Source: Pyrodictium abyssi
Lineage (GTDB): Archaea > Thermoproteota > Thermoprotei_A > Sulfolobales > Pyrodictiaceae
NCBI RefSeq assembly: GCF_036323395.1
Contig: NZ_AP028907.1
Location: 1,830,001-1,862,000 of the forward strand
DNA: 32,000 nucleotides
Reading direction: 5' to 3'
The stretch's first letter is position 1; each line of letters begins with the position of its first letter. Made by a program: the position numbers and the translations under genes. Below are positions 8,528 through 16,504 of the stretch, piece after piece. The notes under the pieces are model-generated. The model ran no database searches and was not told the origin of the DNA. It saw nothing but the letters and a program-made list of their open reading frames with translations.

Positions 8528-9662
8528 CTGTTAGCTCTACTATACCCTCTATCTTCGCGTACTCCCTAGCCAGCTTATCCGGGTCAGCGCGTGTAGCGAC
8601 AAGCCCGCGCGCCAACTGACAGTACTCCTTAGTCCTGGCAGCCTCCTCGTAGACTCCTATACGCCTTGTAAGAGATACTATCTCCTCCTTATCGAGCCCA
8701 GCTAGAGGCCTTATCAGCGGAACCTTTAGCGGATGCGCCCTTGCAAGAGCATAGAGGTTCTTCAGCGTCTGGCTCGAGACTTGGCCCACGCTTTCGCCCG
8801 TGTATACGGCGTCATAGCCCATTGCTAGAGCGAACTTCTCTGCCACAACATACATCGCTAGCCTTAGGACTATCTGCGCATAGCTATTATCGACCATACC
8901 TGCTATAGCAGCCGTGACCGGGCGGAAGTCGAAAACATAGAGCCTCGGACGGTAGCCGTAGAGCCAGAGCCTGGCAAGCTTCTTGCCTACACGTAGAGCA
9001 TCTGCTATCGAGAGTGGCGAGGCTAGCACGTAGTGTACTAGGTCTACCTCGATACCCCTCTTTGCAGCCATCCAGGCTGCTGCCGGCGAGTCGAGGCCGC
9101 CAGAAAACAATACTATAGCTCTACCCTCAACACCTATTGGCAGGCCGTCGGGGCCTCGGCGCATCTCCCGGTATACATAGGCTTTACCACCCCTAATCTC
9201 GACGAATACTTCTACTTCCGGGTTCTCCAGGTCCACACCAGCAGAGAGAGGGTAGAGAGCCGCTCCAATCACGCGTGCAGCATCGAGACTCGTAAACTCT
9301 TCAACTCCGCTCCTTCTGGCACGCACTGCGAACTTCTTGCCACGGACCCACTCGCCTGCTATTTCCTTTACACGCTCTGCTAGGTCATCTAGACTCTTGT
9401 ACCTCACTAGGTGGGCTACAGTAGCGCCATGTATCCCGAAGACCCTGGACAGTGTGTCCACGGCCTTCTCCAACGCATCATAGTTTCTACAGCCCGACAC
9501 GTACAGCCTAGCCGCTTCTATCCATACATCACTGCATTCTACACCTTCGCGCCTAAAAGCGTCAACAATGTTCTTTACGAGCCGCCGCTCGAAACGCGGT
9601 CTCGTGCGGTCCGACTTGAGTACGATCTCTCCCGCGATACTCGCGAGCACTACCGTGTCCAT
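8496..9662 (-). CDS. thiI: tRNA 4-thiouridine synthase/sulfurtransferase ThiI (THUMP + PP-loop)
   Basis: ORF 388 aa: PP-loop VLFSGGLDSPAAAWMAAKRG, GESVGQVSSQTLKNL and KEYCQLA. Confidence 0.93.
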   Translation of the reverse strand: MDTVVLASIAGEIVLKSDRTRPRFERRLVKNIVDAFRREGVECSDVWIEAARLYVSGCRNYDALEKAVDTLSRVFGIHGATVAHLVRYKSLDDLAERVKEIAGEWVRGKKFAVRARRSGVEEFTSLDAARVIGAALYPLSAGVDLENPEVEVFVEIRGGKAYVYREMRRGPDGLPIGVEGRAIVLFSGGLDSPAAAWMAAKRGIEVDLVHYVLASPLSIADALRVGKKLARLWLYGYRPRLYVFDFRPVTAAIAGMVDNSYAQIVLRLAMYVVAEKFALAMGYDAVYTGESVGQVSSQTLKNLYALARAHPLKVPLIRPLAGLDKEEIVSLTRRIGVYEEAARTKEYCQLARGLVATRADPDKLAREYAKIEGIVELTATRYIEIPLV

Positions 9663-9722
9663 ACTGCCCCCGGGTCCTAGTCCGGAGGCCTAGAGCCCCT
9701 TCTTTACTTGACCTAGGCCAGC

Positions 9723-10469
9723 CTAGCCGCATTTACAGTCCTTGCGCGGCCTAAGCTCTATCTTCATTATATCCATTGTGTAGGCGTCCACCACTATCAT
9801 TTTGCCCTTATTTACTTCACCCATGCCGGTTACTAGCTTCATGAGCTCTGTCACAGCTATAGAGCCTACTAGGGCTACAATGGGGCCTACAGCTGGTATC
9901 TTTGAGGGAGACTTCAGCGAAGAGGGGAGGAGGCAGCGGAGGCACGGCGTCTCGCCGGGTATCACTACCACTACTTGCCCCTCGAACCCGTATATTCCTG
10001 CATGTATGTAGGGCTTGCCAGCCCTGTACGCGGCCTCGTCTAGAAGGAATCGCGTCTCCCAGTTGTCCAGCCCATCAATTACTATGTCTACCTGCCTAAC
10101 CAGCTTATCCACATTATCCTCTGTTATCCTCTCAGTAACCGGAACTATCTCGACATTGGGGTTAAGGCGCCGAAGCTTCTCCGCAGCCGAGATAGGCTTT
10201 GGCTTACCTATATCGTCGGTCCAGTGGAGGATTTGGCGGTTTAGATTAGTCTCCTCAACAGTGTCCCCGTCGACGAGTACGAGTTTACCGACACCGAGTG
10301 CGGTAAGGTACAACGCCTCGAATGAGCCGAGGCCTCCTACTCCCGCCACCAAGACGCTAGTCTTTTTCAGCTTCTTCTGTCCCTCGGTCCCGAAGAGGAG
10401 GAGCTGGCGTTCATACCGCAGTAGCTCGGCAGGTGTAAGCTCAACATTATCCAGTGAGCGTTCACTCAT
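9723..10469 (-). CDS. ThiF/MoeB/HesA family E1-like adenylyltransferase
   Basis: VLVAGVGGLGSFEALYLTALGVGKLVLVDGDTVEETNLNRQ, CLRC...CKC zinc site. ORF track start is 10529; MSERSLDNVELTP at 10469 is a more likely start. Confidence 0.92.
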   Translation of the reverse strand: MSERSLDNVELTPAELLRYERQLLLFGTEGQKKLKKTSVLVAGVGGLGSFEALYLTALGVGKLVLVDGDTVEETNLNRQILHWTDDIGKPKPISAAEKLRRLNPNVEIVPVTERITEDNVDKLVRQVDIVIDGLDNWETRFLLDEAAYRAGKPYIHAGIYGFEGQVVVVIPGETPCLRCLLPSSLKSPSKIPAVGPIVALVGSIAVTELMKLVTGMGEVNKGKMIVVDAYTMDIMKIELRPRKDCKCG

Positions 10470-10842
10470 ACCGTATCCTCTCCTCCATGCAGTTTGTATC
10501 GCGTCTGGTGCACTGCATGACAAGGGCACGTGGGCCCAGAGGCCCGTGATGCGCCGTACACACTAGACGCGAGGCCGCCGCGCGACAGCATTCAGAGCCT
10601 ACTACGCTGTGGACACCGGGTACAGCGTGTCCCTGCACGGTTGCTTTGAACGTTTACACGGCCGCTACAAGACCGGGTTTATTCCTCTAGTGTCGCAGCG
10701 GTCGGATCGTCGTGAGATCTTCATTGCATAGGCACTCTACCTCTGTCTGGGACGGCGTCCTCATCCCGCCGGACCGTTAGTAGTGGTTGCCTCCTATTTT
10801 ACTCCCCCTGGGCTCTGCTTTCACTGTCCTGGGGCCAGGCTA

Positions 10843-11538
10843 GTGGAGACTAGATGGCTTAAGCTGCTGAGTAACCAGACACGTATAGGCGTCGTGATAC
10901 AGCCAATAGCTTCAATAGAGAATCATGGCGTACTACCCCTAGGCGCTGACCTGCTGATAGCAGACTGCACCATGAGGAGACTAGAACTCCCAGAGGAAGC
11001 AGTCATAGCACCAGCCATACCTTATTCCACCGCAGCCGAGCACACTGGCTTCCGCGTCTCTATCAGCCCGCAGACTTTCGTACAGTACCTTGTAGAAGTT
11101 GGCTCGTCTATCCTATCGAATGTCAACGCATTGCTGTTTGTGGTCTTCCACGGTGGAGCCTATCACGCTACATACCTCGCTGCTAGAATTCTGCGTTCAA
11201 AGGGCTACGAGGTATACCTCTTCAACTTCTGGGACACCGTTACACGGGCTCTAGGGCTGGAGGGCATGCTTATACACGCCGACTGTATTGAGGCTAGTAT
11301 CCTGCTAGCGTGCGGCTATACACAAGGAATCCGCGAAGCAGAGAGAATAGATTCAAGCTGTACGCGTAGGGCGCCACCGTACCAGCCCTGGGTTTCCCGG
11401 GATATACCAGGCATGTACCCGGTAGACCCCGTGCTAGCGTCGAGGCCTCTTGGCGAGAAGCTTCTACAAACCGCTACCGAGCAGCTAAGAAGGCTTGTAG
11501 ACTTGATCTTGGAGCGGCAGAAAGCCTCTTCACAATAG
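10843..11538 (+). CDS. arfB: creatininase family protein, probable archaeal riboflavin pathway formylamidase ArfB
   Basis: VVIQPIASIENHGVLPLGADLLIAD (E-x-HG...D), FHGGAYH and HADCIEAS. Divergent from canonical NGHGGN/HAGExETS. Next to riboflavin genes. ORF track start is 10783; GTG at 10843 proposed. Confidence 0.7.
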   Translation: METRWLKLLSNQTRIGVVIQPIASIENHGVLPLGADLLIADCTMRRLELPEEAVIAPAIPYSTAAEHTGFRVSISPQTFVQYLVEVGSSILSNVNALLFVVFHGGAYHATYLAARILRSKGYEVYLFNFWDTVTRALGLEGMLIHADCIEASILLACGYTQGIREAERIDSSCTRRAPPYQPWVSRDIPGMYPVDPVLASRPLGEKLLQTATEQLRRLVDLILERQKASSQ

Positions 11539-12586
11539 ATACTATCGGGGAGCTGCTCCAGCCTATCTCTGGAATCTCTGCCGCCAGCAGCCTATCTACG
11601 GGTACACCTTCGCCGACCACTGCTCCGTCGAGGCGTAGCAGCTTTGTACAGCTTATCGTAGCCGCCTTTAGCAATGCTCTAGCCAGAGCCTCCGCTTTAT
11701 CCCGGTTATCTCTATGCACAGCCATATAGGCGAACATTATTTCCTCGTCAATGTATGGTGGTATCCACGCCGCGTTATCCGTGCCTATACCGACTAGCGT
11801 CTTCTCGAGAAGCTCTGGGAGCAAGCTAAGCGGGGGCAGTCTCCCTAAATGGTACATGTTCGATCTTGGACAGTATACTAGGCCTATACCTGATTCAGCC
11901 AGTTCTATTAGCTCGTCTTTGCCGAGGTATGTTAGGTGTATAGCCGCCGTTGGGGCTGCCCCGAGTACTACCTCGTAGTCTCTGGACTGGTACAGCTCGA
12001 GGGTCTCGGATACGTGTACGTGTACATGCCCGCCGATCTGCCTAGCGTGGGCCACCAGTTTGTTTAGCTCCCTTGGGTTTAGGTCAAATACGGTATCGAG
12101 GCCCACGCCTTTAGCCTCGTCTAGCAGTTGGAGATACTCGCTAAGGTTCTTTGCGAGTGGTTGGCCTAGTATCCTTGCAGCTACTCCGGCGCGCGCCATG
12201 CCATCGCTTACTAGCTGTAATCCCTTTCTACCTAGCTCCGCGTATACTCCAGCGTAGAGTACTCCTCTCCTCTTCATGTGTGCTGCTGCCGTGGCTACCC
12301 TTCTTGCTAGCTCGTCGCTGCTTAGCTGGGAGAGTAGCCTGTACTTGAGCCCCGTGGGTAGTGCTACAAGATCGTGGAGTGGGAGAGTCTCTCCCGCCTC
12401 GGCTATGGAGATGTCGAGAATGTGTAGGTGAGCATTGCAAAGAGCTGGGAGGATTACCAGCCCTAGGAGCACTCTCCTGGAGGGGCTACACCCCCTTCCT
12501 ACGCCCTTCACACGCTGTTCGTCGTCAATGTCTATGCACGGTCTATGCACTGGTTCTAGTTCCTCGCCTACAAGAGCCGCGAGCAC
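11474..12586 (-). CDS. amidohydrolase superfamily protein, COG0402-like (cytosine/guanine deaminase type)
   Basis: Metal/catalytic motif set LPALCNAHLHILD (HxH), GGHVHVHVSETLE (H..E), AIHLTYLG (H), GIGTDNAAW (D). ORF track start is 12700; GTG at 12586 avoids most of the ribH overlap. Confidence 0.8.
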   Translation of the reverse strand: MLAALVGEELEPVHRPCIDIDDEQRVKGVGRGCSPSRRVLLGLVILPALCNAHLHILDISIAEAGETLPLHDLVALPTGLKYRLLSQLSSDELARRVATAAAHMKRRGVLYAGVYAELGRKGLQLVSDGMARAGVAARILGQPLAKNLSEYLQLLDEAKGVGLDTVFDLNPRELNKLVAHARQIGGHVHVHVSETLELYQSRDYEVVLGAAPTAAIHLTYLGKDELIELAESGIGLVYCPRSNMYHLGRLPPLSLLPELLEKTLVGIGTDNAAWIPPYIDEEIMFAYMAVHRDNRDKAEALARALLKAATISCTKLLRLDGAVVGEGVPVDRLLAAEIPEIGWSSSPIVSIVKRLSAAPRSSLQAFLAAR

Positions 12587-12602
12587 TTCTATCTGTATGC
12601 TC

Positions 12603-13070
12603 TTACTCGATGTAGACTGTTTCTCCTTCGAACTTTGCTTCTTCAATAGCTCGGAGCCTCCTTGCCAACTTAACAGCCGCCTCGACAGACCTGCGGGCAT
12701 AGTCGTCTACGCGCTCGAGTGCCTGCATACGGTTCATCCCTGGCCCCGATATTCCGAGGGTTACGGGCTTACCATACTTCTCGGCTAGGTCTACTAGTTT
12801 TCTCGCCACCTGGTGGGCTATCACCTCGTCGTGCTTGGTAGCGCCGGTTATTATGGCTCCTAGCGCCACGACGGCGTCGACGTCGTCCTTGCGTAGTAGT
12901 TTCTCTACGAGTAGTGGTATGTCGTAAGCACCTGGCGCCCTTACCACGTATGTAACGGTGGCTCCTAGGAATTTGGCGTGGCTTAGGGCACGCTGGAGCA
13001 TAAGGTAGGTTACATCATGGTTGAACTCTGATACCACTATTGCGAGACGTATGCCTTCGCCTGCTGCCAC
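12603..13070 (-). CDS. ribH: 6,7-dimethyl-8-ribityllumazine synthase
   Basis: ORF 155 aa: [49 protein letters not shown]. Confidence 0.95.
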   Translation of the reverse strand: MAAGEGIRLAIVVSEFNHDVTYLMLQRALSHAKFLGATVTYVVRAPGAYDIPLLVEKLLRKDDVDAVVALGAIITGATKHDEVIAHQVARKLVDLAEKYGKPVTLGISGPGMNRMQALERVDDYARRSVEAAVKLARRLRAIEEAKFEGETVYIE

Positions 13071-13114
13071 GGCCTATACACCTACCCTCCGGGACACGTA
13101 GAGGGGCTAGGCTG

Positions 13115-13139
13115 GGTTAGAGGGTTATCGGTTCTAACC
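13115..13139. promoter_or_regulatory. inverted repeat, possible operator between ribC and ribH
   Basis: GGTTAGA-11 nt-TCTAACC, perfect 7-bp arms, in the 94-nt gap upstream of ribH. Confidence 0.35.
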
Positions 13140-13164
13140 ACGGACTGGAAGAGCGTGTAAAGCA

Positions 13165-13632
13165 CTATGGCTCTATAGGGCCGGCGTCAGGGTAGCCCTG
13201 CCTCCTCCCGGTCCCAGCGCGTGTTGACAGCACTTCCGGCCGGTATAGTAGTAGGTAGAGGTTCTCTGCGTGTTTTCTAGCACGGTCTACCGCTATACGG
13301 TAGAGCTCCTCCTCGCTATCAGCCTCGTCCTCGTGCACTGTCACATCTATTATGTGGCGCTCGAGTTCCAGCTGTACTAGCTGCATGGCGAGACTATAGA
13401 CTGCGTAGCTTATCTTGTCGGTCATTGACCTGCCTATCCACCCCAGCACCATGCCAGCATCGCAGCCCTCCTCCTTCATGAGCTTCTTTATAGCCACGGG
13501 TATGTCCTTTATCCCTGGTACTGTACGCCTCACTATCTGCGCGCTAGGCATCAATGTGAGGATAGCGTCTATAGCATGGCTGGCCATGTCGACTCTAGCA
13601 AAGGTTGTATCTACAATACAAATCTTCACCAA
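13165..13632 (-). CDS. ribC: archaeal-type riboflavin synthase
   Basis: ORF 155 aa: KICIVDTTFARVDMASHAID, RRTVPGIKDIPVAIKKLMKEEGCDAGMVLGW, GRRQGYPDAGP. Confidence 0.95.
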   Translation of the reverse strand: MVKICIVDTTFARVDMASHAIDAILTLMPSAQIVRRTVPGIKDIPVAIKKLMKEEGCDAGMVLGWIGRSMTDKISYAVYSLAMQLVQLELERHIIDVTVHEDEADSEEELYRIAVDRARKHAENLYLLLYRPEVLSTRAGTGRRQGYPDAGPIEP

Positions 13633-14302
13633 GCCTTTCCACCCTATCGATTATCTCGCTACCCTCGACCAAGGGGTAGCCCTTTTCCCTAGATACCCTT
13701 CTCGCGTCCTCGATGCTTAGCGCATCTCCCTTCGAAAGCATCTCGACAATAACAGTTGACGGTGTCATCCCCGCTAGTATAGCTAGGTGCAGCGAGAGCT
13801 CTGTATGTCCCTTTCTATCGCTTAGACGGCGCCCAAGCAGTATCGGCACATGGCCTGGTGCTACGAAGTTTTCCTGGAAGTAGCTACGCGCCTTCTCTAC
13901 GTCGTCGTTCACAATCATCGTTAATACTTTGTCGAGCTCTCTTATAGTGGTGGCACGGTCTGCGTCACGTATCCCCGTTTTTACATGGACGCTGTTAACC
14001 CATAGAGAGAATGCTGGTTTGTCGCCGTAGCCTAGTGTCTTGCTAGTAAGTGGGGCTAGTTCTGGTATTGTTGATAGTATCTCGTAGCCGTATCTAAGCC
14101 CTATGAGTCTCCCAGCTGGCTGGGGCATCGCATAGCATATGAGGCCTCCTGCGAGTGTACGCATTTCGTAGACTCGCTCAGCTGTGACCATGGAGGCGTG
14201 GATAACGTAGTCTACCTCGTTCTCACGCCCAGCCGCGTCATATATTAGGACGGGTATTCCTTTGCGGAACGCCTCTATTGCTTTTTCTAGCTGACTGCTC
14301 AA
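13595..14302 (-). CDS. ribB: 3,4-dihydroxy-2-butanone 4-phosphate synthase
   Basis: ORF 235 aa: IPVLIYDAAGRENEVDYVIHASMVT and GRRLSDRKGHTELSLHLAILAGMTPSTVIVEML. Confidence 0.93.
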   Translation of the reverse strand: MSSQLEKAIEAFRKGIPVLIYDAAGRENEVDYVIHASMVTAERVYEMRTLAGGLICYAMPQPAGRLIGLRYGYEILSTIPELAPLTSKTLGYGDKPAFSLWVNSVHVKTGIRDADRATTIRELDKVLTMIVNDDVEKARSYFQENFVAPGHVPILLGRRLSDRKGHTELSLHLAILAGMTPSTVIVEMLSKGDALSIEDARRVSREKGYPLVEGSEIIDRVERLGEDLYCRYNLC

Positions 14303-14443
14303 GGGCGTTTATCCCTCAATCGGCTCCGAGAGCTATACTATGTAGCCTACCGGCATGCGCCCTTAATCTCTCACTCCCGGCGGGGGTGTTAAACGAGAGA
14401 CGCCGTCTATCTATAGAGCTTGTACCGTTCTTGTTCGACGCTA

Positions 14444-15157
14444 TTAGTAGGCTGCAGTTTCTACCCCACGTCTATCAATGTATACTTGGCTATTTCTAGT
14501 ACTCCTTATGACTGATAACGCGTGGGCTGCCCGCGCCAACGCTGCGCGAGGGTTATCATCAACACCTATACCTATCTTGTACTTCTCACCGCCTATTGCA
14601 GCCATAACTAGTTCTAGGGCCTTATCGAGATCCTCCTCCGGGGCAAAGACTACAATATTGTCGCCGCCAAGGTAGCCTGGTATGTAGCCTCTTGGGAGGG
14701 CATCCTCTACGAGCTTAATGTAGAGATTCATCACCTGGATGAAGGGCTTGAGGAAGCCCTTCTCTAGTCTCTCCTTGCTGACCATATCCAGGTCGATGTG
14801 AAGGGCTGCTACGCCGCTCTCGTCGTACTCGTCTATAGTTATGCCTGGCTCTAGAGGTACCTGCCACCAGTCTGAATGTCTCGTCGTTGTCACCCTCATT
14901 GCTACCGGTACGGGGGACTCACGGCTCACAGCTCTATATATCTCCTCAATGCTTTTTCTCGGAACACCGTTCAACAATGCCACCATTATGTCATGGCTGA
15001 ACGGGGCTACGTATCCTCCACCAGCCGCCGCGGCATCTATCGCTGCAAGGTATACAGCTGACTGCCGTTTCTGGATTATCCATTCCCTATCATGGCCTAT
15101 CTCTTCCGTCCACTCGCGGTAGCCTACTAGAGCTATGATGCCCACCAGCAGAGCCAT
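14444..15157 (-). CDS. arfA: GTP cyclohydrolase III (ArfA-type)
   Basis: ALVGYREWTEEIGHDREWIIQKRQSAVY and YLGGDNIVVFAPE (GGDN). ORF track start is 15325; MALLVGIIALVGYREWTE at 15157 is the likely start. Confidence 0.93.
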   Translation of the reverse strand: MALLVGIIALVGYREWTEEIGHDREWIIQKRQSAVYLAAIDAAAAGGGYVAPFSHDIMVALLNGVPRKSIEEIYRAVSRESPVPVAMRVTTTRHSDWWQVPLEPGITIDEYDESGVAALHIDLDMVSKERLEKGFLKPFIQVMNLYIKLVEDALPRGYIPGYLGGDNIVVFAPEEDLDKALELVMAAIGGEKYKIGIGVDDNPRAALARAAHALSVIRSTRNSQVYIDRRGVETAAY

Positions 15158-15183
15158 AGTTCGTCCCTCCATACCAGCGCCTA

Positions 15184-15954
15184 TTATGCGGCCTCCTTGC
15201 TGGCTTTCTCCATGAGAGCTGCTATTCTCTCGGAGAGGCATGGCTCGGCGTAGGGACCGGTAGCCGGGGGGCAACAGGTAGATTCTACGCGGTAGGCTAC
15301 GTGTACACAGTTGCCGCAGGGGCACTTCTCAAGACATATGAGTCTTAGTCGCGGGGACTGGCTGGTTGTAGTGAACCCTGTAGCCCCGGGATCCTCCACC
15401 ACGCTTCTTCCAGCCGCGAAGATGTATGGGGTGTATGTTACCCGTATCTCGTCTACGAGCCCGGCTCTAAGCATGTTATAGTTTAGTATCCCACCTCCCT
15501 CTATGAGTAGCCGCTTTATGCCATATTCCACGACTAGTATCTCCATGGCCTTGGCGAGGTCTACTACACCGTTCTCGCCAACTACGTGTACGTGGACTCC
15601 CCTGGCCTTTAGACGCTCAATCTTCTCGTCATCGTGCACCGCTGTAAACACTATGACGAGTGGGCCGGGTTCATTTACGAGGCGTAGTCTTTCGTGTAGC
15701 CGCAGTTTACCATCTACTACTACACGGTAGTACTTACTACTGCTAGGGTTCAGTCTTCTCCGGAGCGAGGGGTTATCTATCAGGACCGTGGAGGCGCCGA
15801 CCATTACTGCTTCAGCGGCACCTCTTAGCAGTCTGAGCCTTGCGAGGTCATAGCTGCAGCTCAGCATGCTGTACCGAGTAGAGGACGCTATTCTCCCATC
15901 AAGTGTAGCTGTGGAGAATATTATTGTGTATGGCCGCGCCGCTGGCCTTGTCAA
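15184..15954 (-). CDS. arfC: 2,5-diamino-6-ribosylamino-4(3H)-pyrimidinone 5'-phosphate reductase (ArfC/RibD reductase family)
   Basis: ORF 256 aa: YTIIFSTATLDGRIAS, AVMVGASTVLIDNPSL, IKRLLIEGGGILNYNMLRAGLVDEIRVTYTPYIFAG. Cys-rich C-terminus. Confidence 0.93.
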   Translation of the reverse strand: MTRPAARPYTIIFSTATLDGRIASSTRYSMLSCSYDLARLRLLRGAAEAVMVGASTVLIDNPSLRRRLNPSSSKYYRVVVDGKLRLHERLRLVNEPGPLVIVFTAVHDDEKIERLKARGVHVHVVGENGVVDLAKAMEILVVEYGIKRLLIEGGGILNYNMLRAGLVDEIRVTYTPYIFAAGRSVVEDPGATGFTTTSQSPRLRLICLEKCPCGNCVHVAYRVESTCCPPATGPYAEPCLSERIAALMEKASKEAA

Positions 15955-16502
15955 GGCAGTCTCCGCCTGGCGACGGCTAGTGCGCGTTTAGCCCTCTTTA
16001 TAGTGCCACTCGTCCGTACCGGGATTATAACAGCGCGTTTATCGCCGATACGCCTTACTAGCCCTAGGGCAGCTAGAACGAGATACTTTGTATCATGCGA
16101 GGCGCGTAGTATGCCAGCCGCTCTCTCCGGGTCATAGTACACTAGCTGTAGACGGGCTAGCGCTACCGTTAGTTGCCCAGCTAGCCTCTCAGTGGCCCGT
16201 ATTATTGCACGTTCTACCTCCTGCGGCGAGGGTGGTTGTTCTCCCTCGTAGACTACTATGAAGGCTATGTAGCGGCGCCGTCTACGTCTACGCAGCTTCT
16301 CTAGGAACTCTTCCGCATCAATGCTCTGGAGCGCGTAACCTGCCGCCTTTAGGACTCTACCCATTTCCCCGGCTAGGCTGTTTAGCCGCTTCTCTAGACT
16401 CTCTATGCGCCTCTCAAGCATTCTTCTGTTGTAGATGTCCCAAGCCATGTAGCCAGCGAGGCCGGCGGCTAGCGCTGCTAGTACAGCTGTCTCCAGCTGC
16501 AA
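15951..16502 (-). CDS. rnp2: RNase P protein component 2 (Pop5 family) with N-terminal transmembrane/coiled-coil extension
   Basis: C-terminal region RYIAFIVVYEGEQPPSPQEVERAI...LQLVYYDPERAAGILRASHDTKYLVLAALGLVRRIGDKRAVIIPVRTSGTIKRAKR matches the Pop5 pattern. Directly downstream of rpp30. Confidence 0.83.
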   Translation of the reverse strand: MQLETAVLAALAAGLAGYMAWDIYNRRMLERRIESLEKRLNSLAGEMGRVLKAAGYALQSIDAEEFLEKLRRRRRRRYIAFIVVYEGEQPPSPQEVERAIIRATERLAGQLTVALARLQLVYYDPERAAGILRASHDTKYLVLAALGLVRRIGDKRAVIIPVRTSGTIKRAKRALAVARRRLP

Positions 16503-16504
16503 TT

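Noticed and set aside
14303-14443. 73-aa plus ORF 14278-14499 and possible gene between arfA and ribB
   Set aside because: Hydrophobic/low-complexity translation overlapping the arfA 3' end. More likely an intercistronic region with weak TATA-like boxes.
15158-15325. 168-nt N-terminal extension of arfA given by the ORF track
   Set aside because: The extension overlaps arfC coding by 142 nt and has no similarity. MALLVGIIALVGYREWTE at 15157 fits the known N-terminus of GTP cyclohydrolase III.
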